Virus record (IMG/VR): IMGVR_UViG_3300037067_016777
Coordinates: 64,001 to 128,000 of that record
Direction: 5' to 3' (one strand)
DNA length: 64,000 nucleotides
Source of the DNA: a virus
Lineage: Duplodnaviria; Caudoviricetes
Under the pieces are notes generated by a model, which searched no databases, had not been told where the DNA came from, and saw only the letters and a list, made by a program, of their open reading frames with translations. The first letter of the stretch is position 1, and each line of letters begins with the position of its first letter. Positions 51,773 to 61,962 of the stretch are shown in pieces. A program made the position numbers and the translations under genes.

Positions 51773-52462
51773 TCATTTAAATAATTTTACAATCTTATCT
51801 GGATTCTCTTTTATTTCTTTGATGATAGTTTGGGCTTGCTTCAAACTAACACCATAACGACTTGCCTTACACGACGCTATAATTTTAGCTGAGCTAATAT
51901 TACCACACAACTTAATTGGTCTATTAATTATGGCTTGTATAGCTGCTAATGAAATATTATGAGCAGAGATATTTGCCTTTGCTTGAGCACACCTAAGGTT
52001 GATATCGGTACGTAATAAACTTGGAGCTGGTATTTCTCGAATCGCCGAGCACAAATTGTCAATATCAGCTTGCTCTTTCAATAGACAACCCAATACAAAT
52101 CTAATTTCTTGAATTCTAGGTAACTGTTTTCTAATGAAATCGGTGATTGCTAGAGTTTCTGCCTTAGTCTCACCCTGTGGTTTTGTCCCGAGTGCGATTT
52201 CAAATCCATCACATGATAGAGCATGAAGTGACATGCTGTGAAATTTTGTAATCCCAGTTTTACCTCCCTTTGGCCAGTCGACTGTAGTCAGAATTTTATA
52301 TGATGCCTGTCTTCTGACACGTTGCATTGATGCATCGGCGACAAGATCTGGGTGAACTACTATTGCACCCATTTTATAGACGTGAGCGAGCTCCATAGCT
52401 TCATTTAGCTCGCTCGCTTGCATTATATCTAATTCGAGTTTTTGGCTTATGTAGTATAACAT
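51773..52462 (-). CDS. Divergent deoxyribose-phosphate aldolase (DeoC)-like TIM barrel
   Basis: AIVVHP, TTVDWPKG (cf. VGFPLG), IKLCGNI, ASRYGVS. Confidence 0.55.
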   Translation of the reverse strand: MLYYISQKLELDIMQASELNEAMELAHVYKMGAIVVHPDLVADASMQRVRRQASYKILTTVDWPKGGKTGITKFHSMSLHALSCDGFEIALGTKPQGETKAETLAITDFIRKQLPRIQEIRFVLGCLLKEQADIDNLCSAIREIPAPSLLRTDINLRCAQAKANISAHNISLAAIQAIINRPIKLCGNISSAKIIASCKASRYGVSLKQAQTIIKEIKENPDKIVKLFK

Positions 52463-52917
52463 TTTCTGTGTCCATTCTTTAGAGTGTTGTTATTTTCAAA
52501 TACATAACAACTACTAGGAAAACAATATTAACACAAATAACTAGAAATTAGATAACAGTACGCATTTTTGGTAATGAACTACCGCAACGTGCTCACAATG
52601 ATCAGATTTCTCTTTTCGATAACAAAGGTTTCCGCATTAGCTAGCGCAGAGAACCACTGATATTCTTGCTCCGGTCCAATATTATACTTGGTTGGATCGC
52701 ACCACGTCACAAAGAAGAGTTCATCTGGCATCATCACTTCGGCTTCTTGATTTCCACGTTCTGTTTCTGGGTATGCCCTGGAATTGGATTATGGACAGCG
52801 AAGTTAGTGCCAACTGTCAATTGGTTGTAAGCGGTGCCACCGCCATGAGGACCAGCAAATGTCTTCTGCTGCTTCGTACCTTCCGGCATCACTGGCTTCG
52901 ATGGCATTTTGTTCTGG

Positions 52918-53556
52918 TCAAGCATTATTATCCCCTAAACCATAAGCAATTAAATCGACATTTATATTTTTGATGTCAATATCAAAATGCACCAAAATAT
53001 CTTTAATAACATCTCTGACAAATTTCATCCTCTTGACGCCCGGCAAATAGTGAAAACTCACAGGTGCTGTTGGTTCAGTTTCATCTAGGATTGTGATAGT
53101 TGGAGGATTGGTATCATTAAGACGCTGGTAGGCGATACCATATTCGAAGTTCGTACCACATCCAGTGGGAATTATCACAAGCACATACGATGCCGTCGCC
53201 ACGCCATCATACTCACACAATGCCTTCTGTTGTAATGAATCTGGATTTGTATCCCTTCGAGTCTTATTAGCAGTTATCTCCTCTCCCCATATAGTCCAAT
53301 CAAACGCTATTGGAATCTGCAAACTTTTGAAGAAGTCTATAAATGCTCTTGCTCGTTTCCAGTTTGCCAGTGTCGTAGCTATATAGATAGATTTATCCCT
53401 ATCCCATGAGATAATATGCCAACTATCAGTAAAATCGTCATTTGATTCTATTGACCAATAATAACTTCCGCCACACTTATCGCATTTACCATCAACCCAT
53501 ACAGCTGCTGAAAAATCGAAATTGCAATATGGGCATGTTATTTCTTGTGTCAGCAT
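52918..53556 (-). CDS. Zn ribbon + nucleoside 2-deoxyribosyltransferase-like domain
   Basis: IYIA...DWT...EYDGV..A..V....G.GTNFEYGIA. Confidence 0.65.
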   Translation of the reverse strand: MLTQEITCPYCNFDFSAAVWVDGKCDKCGGSYYWSIESNDDFTDSWHIISWDRDKSIYIATTLANWKRARAFIDFFKSLQIPIAFDWTIWGEEITANKTRRDTNPDSLQQKALCEYDGVATASYVLVIIPTGCGTNFEYGIAYQRLNDTNPPTITILDETEPTAPVSFHYLPGVKRMKFVRDVIKDILVHFDIDIKNINVDLIAYGLGDNNA

Positions 53557-53563
53557 AGCTTAT

Positions 53564-54508
53564 CTACACACTTTCACAAATCATTTTGATGGCGTCATTA
53601 TGGTTTATTCTATTATAATAATCCAGGAATTTAAATCTATTGTAAGCACTACAAAAGTAAAATTTCTGTCTGGTCTCTAATGGTAGTGAACGTGCTGCAT
53701 CTTCATAATATCTCGCCTCTTCTGCGAATCTTTTCTTCCGACTGTCTGGAGCACAATCTTGGTTTATGCCGTAAAAGTGTAATATTTCTTTGCCATCTAC
53801 AGCAATAGCGCCCATATCAATGCCCAAAATAAATATTCTATCATAGCCAAGCCATAAAGCGACCTGCATCGCGGCATAGACGCTAGATCTACCAATATGA
53901 AAACCGCCAGTCAAATCTGTGCTAAAACCAAAGCCAGGTATATTCTTAATAAAGATAGTACCTGGTCGCGAATCTGTGATCATAGTGGAATTAAAAATAT
54001 ATCCATTGTATCTCTCCCACAAATCGTGATGACGTTTTAATTGTGAAATATCACAAAACAGCCAATATTTCGTCGGCCAGACACGTAGATCTGGCTTATT
54101 TATAGACATCACATCAATGCGCGGCTTATCGAGCAATAATGTCGTATCGATTTCTGAAACACTTGGACCATTGCCAATGATAACCAAAGTACGTCCTATG
54201 CAGGAATTATGCAACTCACGCAGTCTTTTCGTGCTAGATTCCGGAGGATCACGAGTTATGATTTTCGTAACCGGCTTATTCGGGCGTGCTGCAGCCGATT
54301 TAACTCCGACTCCCCTCTTCGGCATTACTGGCGGTCGCCGATTGATTGATGCGACTCTTTGTGCAGGCGCTGCTGGCTTCGCACGCATCACAGCTCGCAA
54401 AGTTTTTACCACAGCTTGTTGTTGCCGAACGACGGGTCTGGCGGCTCGCGGCAATATAACTTCGCGCTTATTATTGTTTATTGGTCGTACTCTTAGGTTT
54501 AATATCAT
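53564..54508 (-). CDS. DUF115/Maf-like glycosyltransferase-related protein with a basic N-terminal extension
   Basis: IIGNGPS, MSIN, SSVYAAMQVALWLGY..I..LGIDM, HFY. Confidence 0.7.
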   Translation of the reverse strand: MILNLRVRPINNNKREVILPRAARPVVRQQQAVVKTLRAVMRAKPAAPAQRVASINRRPPVMPKRGVGVKSAAARPNKPVTKIITRDPPESSTKRLRELHNSCIGRTLVIIGNGPSVSEIDTTLLLDKPRIDVMSINKPDLRVWPTKYWLFCDISQLKRHHDLWERYNGYIFNSTMITDSRPGTIFIKNIPGFGFSTDLTGGFHIGRSSVYAAMQVALWLGYDRIFILGIDMGAIAVDGKEILHFYGINQDCAPDSRKKRFAEEARYYEDAARSLPLETRQKFYFCSAYNRFKFLDYYNRINHNDAIKMICESV

Positions 54509-54540
54509 AAAAACATATTTTCCGGCAATATCTCAAAACT

Positions 54541-55188
54541 TTAGCGATCGATCTTGACACGATGACGCGGATATGTTCTATTACACCTTGCTCGAATGGC
54601 GCTACCTTCTTCAATCACCAGATTGTCTGCGAAGGTAGTAAAGTTCTTCTTTTGTCGTTTGTCTTTACTCAGAATACTATAGATACAACGATGGATTGTT
54701 GTAGTCAAAAGGTTGAACACTGGGGCTTTTCCTGGAGTGTACTTCAGTCTGCCGCGAGCGATTTTGCTGATGACTTGAACGAGTGCTTCGCTAGCCAGAT
54801 TGTTTGTCTCTTCTGCAGATGGCTGGTGAAATTTACTAGCCACACCATTGCACATCTTTGCAATATCCTGCAGCATTGCTTGCCAGCTTTGTGCCATAGG
54901 CGGCTCCAAGTAATATCCTTGTGTCTCAAGTTGCTCTATGGTAATGCTGCGTGGCATCATCCAAGTGACCATGTCACCAACAGTACCAAAATTTATGTTG
55001 CCTGGAACGATATAGTGGACCCGTGTTTCGTAGCATGGGTCCTGTATTTCACTATCCGGTAGAGTCCCTATTATGAGAGTCCATAGTACTTTTTTCGCGC
55101 GTAATGATTCAATGCCAGGTGTATTGCTAGATACAAGCCACTCGAACCAATTTCTTTCAAGTATTTGTGTGTCGCAGTATTTAGCCAT
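54541..55188 (-). CDS. T4 gp55-like late-transcription sigma factor
   Basis: KMCNGVASKF...EALVQV...KYTP.K.PVFNLLTTTI.RCIY..L.KDKRQ resembles the gp55 core; ATG at 55188. Confidence 0.6.
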   Translation of the reverse strand: MAKYCDTQILERNWFEWLVSSNTPGIESLRAKKVLWTLIIGTLPDSEIQDPCYETRVHYIVPGNINFGTVGDMVTWMMPRSITIEQLETQGYYLEPPMAQSWQAMLQDIAKMCNGVASKFHQPSAEETNNLASEALVQVISKIARGRLKYTPGKAPVFNLLTTTIHRCIYSILSKDKRQKKNFTTFADNLVIEEGSAIRARCNRTYPRHRVKIDR

Positions 55189-55301
55189 CGCGAAGTTCTT
55201 TTCTTTTTCTTGTTTTTTAATACGCACAAAGGAATGTTTGTATGTCCAAAGTAAGACAATTATCGGAGGTCTTTTTGCGTGGATCGCTCGCAAACGTCAC
55301 G

Positions 55302-56591
55302 ATGAAAAATCTGACAAAGGAAGAGCAGTCTAGGATTGAAGAATTGATGGTTACTATCGGAGAGCATGAAGTGCTCGCCGGACACAAACAAGAATTCATC
55401 TACCAGTTAGGATCGACGATTGCTGCGGATTATCATGATAATGCCAATGCAGCGCAAGAGGAATTTCAAATAGCTGTTTGGCGTGGAATAGTACATTTAC
55501 TTTATCACACAGATTATAGTTTTGAGTGTTCTCTTTGCCATAATACTTCTTTTCTCAGTCAAAGCAATCGAATAACCCAATTCAATAGATGCTTTGATTT
55601 CTGCCCTGTCTGTAATGGATGCCTAATTTCTGATCCGTGCGAAAGCATCTTTAGGGAGAACGATCCGCTCACACAAGAAGAATATCTCTTTGTAGTAGAT
55701 CGGCTACAAAGAGAACGCAAACGACCACCTCTGATTAAAAGTTGTATAATGGCAACTCGTGGAGCAGCAAAAGTCGAAGATCCAGAACGAATACTCAATG
55801 ACCCAGAACAATTAAAGAAATTCTTTGGATCATTTATCTGGAATTATTTTAGGCAGATATTATTAGAGAATCCGATAACAAAACATCAAAAACGCATAAT
55901 TGGGTTATTTGGACCAGCAGATAAAACTGCGGCCGATGCCATTAATTTATTGTTGATTGATTTGAAAGCTTTTCACATCTATCATGGAGTTCCAGAACGT
56001 AACGCGACATTCCCGATAGACTACTCGTGTTATGCTATTACTTGTGATCCGATGTTATTATGCCCGTCGGATTTTTACCCACGATTTTGGGAGATCAAAG
56101 AACGGCTTATAGCTCTTGGTGGTGAAGTTGTCATTACTTCTAATTATATCGTGGTGCGTGATATGCAAGGGCAAGCACCATACACCGAATTTGCGGCGTC
56201 TGTTAATTCAGAAGTTCAAATCGTGAACAATGTCGTTGGTCGTCGTGGTGACGATGGTAATTCGATGGATGTCATTTCACAGCTAGAGGATGAGCACATG
56301 CTTGCAGACAGTACCAATGCCGTCGAAGTGCGTGAAATAATTTCTCACGTCAAGGATTGCTTACCTGACGGCCATTGTCAGGCAGTATTCCAACTGTTGT
56401 CGGGTTCTGGACCAATCTATCAAGATTTTGTCAAACAGTACCCAGATACTCCGCGTGTGAATCAAGGAATTCCGCATAAAAACCGAATGGCGAAATTCTT
56501 AGGATGCACATCAAAGGATATCAAACAGTGCGAACAAATTATTGGTGTTCAACTGATCGCACACGGGATGGCGATAGAGACAATCTGTTAA
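55302..56591 (+). CDS. Divergent sigma-factor-like protein with Zn-ribbon insertion
   Basis: AQEEFQIAVW...FF..FIWNYFRQ (region 2-like); CLPD..QAVFQLL...MAKFLGCTSKDI (region 4 HTH-like). Confidence 0.45.
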   Translation: MKNLTKEEQSRIEELMVTIGEHEVLAGHKQEFIYQLGSTIAADYHDNANAAQEEFQIAVWRGIVHLLYHTDYSFECSLCHNTSFLSQSNRITQFNRCFDFCPVCNGCLISDPCESIFRENDPLTQEEYLFVVDRLQRERKRPPLIKSCIMATRGAAKVEDPERILNDPEQLKKFFGSFIWNYFRQILLENPITKHQKRIIGLFGPADKTAADAINLLLIDLKAFHIYHGVPERNATFPIDYSCYAITCDPMLLCPSDFYPRFWEIKERLIALGGEVVITSNYIVVRDMQGQAPYTEFAASVNSEVQIVNNVVGRRGDDGNSMDVISQLEDEHMLADSTNAVEVREIISHVKDCLPDGHCQAVFQLLSGSGPIYQDFVKQYPDTPRVNQGIPHKNRMAKFLGCTSKDIKQCEQIIGVQLIAHGMAIETIC

Positions 56592-56600
56592 CCAGGCACC

Positions 56601-57131
56601 CTACCACTTAGGCCCGCCCGGCTTGCTCCAGAATTGCTGTGCCATCCCAAGCCCAGATGCCCTTGGATGCTGGTATGGCAGCGGGATAATACGCGGAGTG
56701 AGGTTAATATAACCATCTTCGTGATTCTGTAAAACTCTTGATATAAACTTAATAATACGTCTGGGCGTTGTCTGTCGAGTTGCTGCCATATCTTCTGCTA
56801 TAATCTGACCATGCTGTAATTGGAGAGTCAGGCGCTTAAGTCCTGTATGAAACGTCTCGCCCAAATAACACCTTTGATTCCCAAGTACAAATAAGTTCCA
56901 CCCTAATTTGGCGGTGTCTCCCAACGGATCGACGTTCTTGACGTACGGGACAACCTCTAACTTATCCGACATTTCTGTTATAGCAAATTGCATGTCTTGC
57001 ATGAAGGGTGGATAAATTAATTGGTCGAATCTTGTTTTATCAAATCCCTTGCTAGTAAAATAGCGGACGAGTAGCCTCTCAGCAACGTCATTGTTCAGAG
57101 CAGTACGTAATTTATCTGCAAAGCGATCCAT
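56601..57131 (-). CDS. Hypothetical protein
   Basis: 176-aa ORF after kamA. Confidence 0.6.
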   Translation of the reverse strand: MDRFADKLRTALNNDVAERLLVRYFTSKGFDKTRFDQLIYPPFMQDMQFAITEMSDKLEVVPYVKNVDPLGDTAKLGWNLFVLGNQRCYLGETFHTGLKRLTLQLQHGQIIAEDMAATRQTTPRRIIKFISRVLQNHEDGYINLTPRIIPLPYQHPRASGLGMAQQFWSKPGGPKW

Positions 57132-57144
57132 ACATTATATTTTA

Positions 57145-58317
57145 TCAAGGATAGTGACAAACTTCTCCACGGAAACGAAACGTTGTACTATTTTCACCCT
57201 GTTCGATTATATAATTTGGTTGCAATGGTATCTTCCCACAACCTCCAGGCCCATCAACGACGAATGTTGGGATAGCATAACCAGAAGTATGCCCACGCAA
57301 TCCATCTATAATTTCTATTCCTTTAGAAATAGGAGTTCTGAAATGAGAGGTGCCCAAGACTGGATCACATTGATATAGATAATATGGTCGAACACGCATC
57401 ATTAATAAACGATGCATTAATGACTGCATTGCCTCAATGTTGTCGTTAATGCCAGCTAGTAGTACGGTCTGAGACCCTAGTGGTATTCCTGCGTCAGCGA
57501 GCATTGTGCAAGCTCTCGCACATTCAAGAGTACATTCATCTGGATGTGTGAAATGAATACTCATAAATACTGGATGATACTTTTTCAATATCTTACAGAG
57601 CTTTGGTGTAATACGCTGCGGTAGAACAACAGGCACCTTTGTCCCGATTCTGATGATTTCTATGTGAGGTATACGTCGTAGCTCGCGTAAGAGCGAATCA
57701 AGCTTACCGTTTCTGAATAACAGTGGATCACCACCAGATATAATGACATCTCTAATATTTGTGTTTTGTTTGATATATGCAATCGCAGTATCTAATTGCG
57801 ATTTTGTTGCTGGTTTTGCATTCTGCATACCAATCAATCTTGATCGCGTGCAGTATCGACAATAACTAGCACATTGACCAGCCGCTAATAGTAAAGCTCT
57901 ATCTGAATATCGGTGTACGAGTTTCGGAACTGGTGTATCCTCATCTTCAGCCAATGGATCTACTCTCTCGTCTTGCGTGATATGGAATTCACCTAAAGTC
58001 GGTATAACAGTCCGCCTGAGTGGTTGATTTGGGTCGTCTGGGGATATTAGGCTCAAATAATATGGTGTAATATTTATCGGAACCCTATGAGTAGCTTGCA
58101 GCCTGCCTAGTGCATGAACCTCATCACTGTTCAATTTGATAACAGATTCAAGTTGTTCCTTTGTAGTAAATCTGCTGGCTAGTTGCCACCTCCAATTGTC
58201 CCAGTCGCAATCTGGTACATCTGGAAAGTGTTGGTCTCGAAAGGCTCTAGTTTTAATTAGTCCTGTGCTCGGCGGTTCGGTATCTAAGACCGCCGTCTCG
58301 CCCTCTAAACCGTCCAT
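57145..58317 (-). CDS. kamA: Lysine 2,3-aminomutase (KamA family radical SAM, PLP)
   Basis: WRWQL, ITPYY, DPLAED, LVHRY.DR, CASYCRYCTR, SGGDPL, RIGTK, PYYLYQCD, GGCGKIP; AGGAG RBS before ATG 58317. Confidence 0.9.
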   Translation of the reverse strand: MDGLEGETAVLDTEPPSTGLIKTRAFRDQHFPDVPDCDWDNWRWQLASRFTTKEQLESVIKLNSDEVHALGRLQATHRVPINITPYYLSLISPDDPNQPLRRTVIPTLGEFHITQDERVDPLAEDEDTPVPKLVHRYSDRALLLAAGQCASYCRYCTRSRLIGMQNAKPATKSQLDTAIAYIKQNTNIRDVIISGGDPLLFRNGKLDSLLRELRRIPHIEIIRIGTKVPVVLPQRITPKLCKILKKYHPVFMSIHFTHPDECTLECARACTMLADAGIPLGSQTVLLAGINDNIEAMQSLMHRLLMMRVRPYYLYQCDPVLGTSHFRTPISKGIEIIDGLRGHTSGYAIPTFVVDGPGGCGKIPLQPNYIIEQGENSTTFRFRGEVCHYP

Positions 58318-58331
58318 TATTCCCGAGACTC

Positions 58332-60560
58332 CTATCTGATGTCGGTAATATGTGAAAACCGATCGGTTCGCTCGACTGTAATTTGATGTGGAAATACGTC
58401 GTGAAAACAATCACTATGAGATATTATGAAGATCGACTCGAACCGGGTTGCTAAATCATCTTTGATTACGCTTATCAACATTTGTCGACCAGCTTCATCT
58501 AATGCCTTCTCTGGTTCGTCTAACACGAGAATATTACATTGTGGGCCATGTATCCCTTGGTGTAGATCAAATACCGCAAACATAAAAGCTAAATCGGTTC
58601 GACCACGTTCTCCGCCGCTTTGGAAATCATAACCCCATAGATTACTATCGATTCCAAGTGAGTCAGTTAGAGATACCTTAATGTCTAAACCGAATAGATC
58701 TAAATAATGATGTAATCTTGAATTAAAATATGGTTGATGTCGGCTGATTAGGTAACTTTTAATTTTCCTGCGATCGCTGTAGGCTTTTTGGATATATTGT
58801 AAATGAACTAAAATAATATCATATGTGGTTAGGTCTTTCTGCTCAATCTTTACTTGATCTTCCTGTTGTTTGATATTGCAGCCTAAATTGATAATAGATT
58901 CAGCGTGTGTATTTTTTTCAGCAGATATACTGTCAGCATCTTCTTTAGCTTTACGTGCTGAATCTAGGATGGTATCGCGTTGAGCATTTGTAGCGTTTGC
59001 TTCGTTTACCGTTGTTTCTGGTTTTATGCTATCTAATTTGGCTTTCGTTGTTTTAACTAATTGTTCTAATTTCGTCTTTTTATCTTGCAATTCTATTTTT
59101 GTAGCATTTAGCTCTGCTTTCACAGACGTTTCTAAATCTTTTGCTGCCGCAGTCGACCTTTCTAACTGTATATCGATTGCAGATGTGAGAGTATCAGATT
59201 CTTTGTTTAATTCTTTGAGATTGTTTGTTGCGTCTAGCTCCAAAGCATCAATTTGCTCTCGGATTTTAGTGATTTCGCCATTTACAACATCTACCATATT
59301 GGCGAGTTTTTTAGCCTTGCTCTCTGCCGCTGCTTTAATAGCCTGCGGGCCGTTAATTTTACTATTGGCATAATCGACAGGCAGCTCCCGTTCACATTCA
59401 ACACATATTTTACCCGCTTTATCACGCCATTTTTTAATAATAGCATTTTGGGTGTCAATAATACCGTTTTGACTGGCTATTTGACCACGCAAATCTAGTA
59501 TCTTCTGGTCACAGATCTTTATTTCGTTTTCTTTGATCTTTTTATGTTGATTGACAGCACTTTGAGCAGCATCTTTTTTAGCTTGTATTAATTTAATAAC
59601 TTGATTTTTAGATTTTTGAGCTTCTTCCTTCAATCGCATAATTGTCTGCAGCTTGGTGTTCTCTGCGGCAGACATACTTGGTTCTATTGCGGTAATTTGA
59701 GATTCTAATTCATCAATTTGAGATTCTAATTCATCAATTTTAGCTTCAATTTTCGCTACTATAGTCCATTTTTTAGCTAGTGCCGCAACATTTATTAAGG
59801 TAAACTGGCGTGCTTGTTCTTCATACTCTGCAGCACGTTGAATTTTAGCTTTACGACGTTCGTCGCGAGTGCTTTCAAACAATGATGACGATTTCTGAGC
59901 TAAATCGAGTTGCTGTATTGAATTCGCGATGCTTGTATTCAAACTATCTATTTTGATTTTACGTTTTTCTTGCTCTTGTACTACTCTATCATATTTCGAC
60001 TTTGCAACCTCTGCATAGATTGACAAGCGGTCGATTCCCATAATTCGTTCGAAAGCTTGTCGTCTGGCTTGATCTTGCATTGCCAACCATGGTTGGCGAT
60101 ATTGAGAAAAGAACACAGAACCACAAAATAACCCATAATCGAATTTTAATTCTTTATCCAATAATCTCTGCTGATTGCTTGTTGTCGATAAAGTGCAATT
60201 AATAATTTCTTGAGTGCCACGCCTAAATAATAACTCTGTATCTCCTTGCCGTGTCCTAACGCGTGTCAACTCATCGCCATTTTTGAATTTTAGCGCGACT
60301 CTGGCGTTACTGTCTATGAACCAATTTAATACCTTATCACCTGGATTTTGATTGTATACTGTTTTCCCTGATAAACACCATAATACAGCCTGCATTAAGG
60401 AGCTTTTACCAGCCCCATTTGATCTACCATACGATTGCCCCGTTTTATCATAGACATTACCTACAATAAAGCATTGCTCCATCTTCGACAGCTTTAATAT
60501 GGAAGGATATGGTCCCCAACTGACAAATCCTTCTACGGCAATCGATTCTAGATCAATCAT
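58332..60560 (-). CDS. Rad50/SbcC/T4 gp46-like SMC-family ATPase
   Basis: Walker A NGAGKSS, Q-loop FFSQ, long coiled coil with central CVEC zinc hook, signature QSGGE, Walker B LVLDEP, H-loop ISH. Confidence 0.92.
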   Translation of the reverse strand: MIDLESIAVEGFVSWGPYPSILKLSKMEQCFIVGNVYDKTGQSYGRSNGAGKSSLMQAVLWCLSGKTVYNQNPGDKVLNWFIDSNARVALKFKNGDELTRVRTRQGDTELLFRRGTQEIINCTLSTTSNQQRLLDKELKFDYGLFCGSVFFSQYRQPWLAMQDQARRQAFERIMGIDRLSIYAEVAKSKYDRVVQEQEKRKIKIDSLNTSIANSIQQLDLAQKSSSLFESTRDERRKAKIQRAAEYEEQARQFTLINVAALAKKWTIVAKIEAKIDELESQIDELESQITAIEPSMSAAENTKLQTIMRLKEEAQKSKNQVIKLIQAKKDAAQSAVNQHKKIKENEIKICDQKILDLRGQIASQNGIIDTQNAIIKKWRDKAGKICVECERELPVDYANSKINGPQAIKAAAESKAKKLANMVDVVNGEITKIREQIDALELDATNNLKELNKESDTLTSAIDIQLERSTAAAKDLETSVKAELNATKIELQDKKTKLEQLVKTTKAKLDSIKPETTVNEANATNAQRDTILDSARKAKEDADSISAEKNTHAESIINLGCNIKQQEDQVKIEQKDLTTYDIILVHLQYIQKAYSDRRKIKSYLISRHQPYFNSRLHHYLDLFGLDIKVSLTDSLGIDSNLWGYDFQSGGERGRTDLAFMFAVFDLHQGIHGPQCNILVLDEPEKALDEAGRQMLISVIKDDLATRFESIFIISHSDCFHDVFPHQITVERTDRFSHITDIR

Positions 60561-61914
60561 GTTTATCTAATTTTTTGAGTTTTCTTGATAGTTTTATCTT
60601 ATTAATACGGTCGCGATTTCTTATAGCGAGCGATTCCATACGTTCTATTAATAAACTGTCATATAGTGATAAGAATGGTATCTTGATATGCTGATGTTGG
60701 TGCAGCTTATGTCGATGTGTTAGTGATACCAAACCAAGTTCTCTCAGTCGCGCAAACGGCACCTTTCTAAAATCACTTTTACGGAACTTTTTACCGAGTG
60801 CGGTAGAAATTACCATTTCGGCGATAATTCTATCCATGTTCTTTAGTTGCTGCTCATCGGTCGTATGTTTTAGATAATAATCGATAATGGCCACCGAGCG
60901 AATGCGTTTTGAGATTACTCGGTTCGCTGACGCTACGCATTCAGCGACTTTATCCTTTGCATTTCTGATATGATATTTATCAGCTTTTAATCCGTACTTG
61001 AAGAAATTGATGATTTTGCGTTGTTTCTCGACCGGTAATTTGACCGCATCTTCTGAGAATTCTAGCCCCAAGAATTTAAATCGTCTGACAGTATCAAATC
61101 CAACGGATGGAACGAATGAAAAGTTCTGTGTATGTGATGCCTTGAATTTTAAGCCAAGCTTTGCTATCTCTATATCCATCAAAGCAGCTGCTTGTAGAAC
61201 TATAGCCGGATCTTCACCAGCTATCAGAATATCATCTGCATATCGGAAGTAGCGAACCCCAGGCAGACACATCAATTTATCGAGCCATGTCAGATGGATA
61301 TTAGCCAGCGTGCAAGCCAATGGGCTTCCAAACGGTATCCCAATTATAGCCTGTTTGATTGTGTCCTTATCAGTGCCATAATTGAAACGAACACGTTGCT
61401 CTAGCAATCGTATTACATCTGCATCGAATAATTCACCTAACTGCTGCAATAGAATATTATGGTTGATGTTGTAGAAGAATTGGGTAATGTCCCGCTTAGC
61501 AAAAAATTTACATTTCTTAATGGTTTTCGCTATTGTAGATTGACATCGATCTACACCGAGAGCACCCGACCTATAAGCATAGGAATTGGGTGAATACCAT
61601 TTGCTCAATAATTGGCTCAGGGCTGATGCTAACCACCGTTCGACGATTTTATCAGACCAAGTAGAAATATATATTTTGCGTTCCTTGCCGGATCGAATGC
61701 GTATATATTCTCGATAAGGGCTAAACGTGTGTTTGCGGACGCCATGGCTCAATGTATTCAAGGAATGATCTAGTTTACGCGCGAATTGCCAAAAGGTCTG
61801 GCCATCTAAAGATTTTGTAGATCCCCTATTTCGGTCGAAAGCAACCTTAGTTATAATAAACAATGCTGCACGGTCAAGCGGCAACTGATCAAAACAGTCC
61901 TTGATGGTAATCAT
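60553..61914 (-). CDS. Reverse transcriptase, group II intron-like but not within an intron
   Basis: SLDGQT (RT0), KERKI.I....DKIV, SYAYR, RDITQFFYNI.H, GIPFGSPL...LAN, RYADD, FKFLG, thumb LD..I...LGLVSL; ATG at 61914 (ORF track extends to 61953). Confidence 0.92.
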   Translation of the reverse strand: MITIKDCFDQLPLDRAALFIITKVAFDRNRGSTKSLDGQTFWQFARKLDHSLNTLSHGVRKHTFSPYREYIRIRSGKERKIYISTWSDKIVERWLASALSQLLSKWYSPNSYAYRSGALGVDRCQSTIAKTIKKCKFFAKRDITQFFYNINHNILLQQLGELFDADVIRLLEQRVRFNYGTDKDTIKQAIIGIPFGSPLACTLANIHLTWLDKLMCLPGVRYFRYADDILIAGEDPAIVLQAAALMDIEIAKLGLKFKASHTQNFSFVPSVGFDTVRRFKFLGLEFSEDAVKLPVEKQRKIINFFKYGLKADKYHIRNAKDKVAECVASANRVISKRIRSVAIIDYYLKHTTDEQQLKNMDRIIAEMVISTALGKKFRKSDFRKVPFARLRELGLVSLTHRHKLHQHQHIKIPFLSLYDSLLIERMESLAIRNRDRINKIKLSRKLKKLDKHD

Positions 61915-61962
61915 TTGTCTTGCAAATATATCTTGAGATTCATACCAAAACAAATTGGAGTT

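Noticed and set aside
59695-59738. 21-nt tandem duplication
   Set aside because: In-frame heptad duplication (IDELESQ twice) within the Rad50 coiled coil
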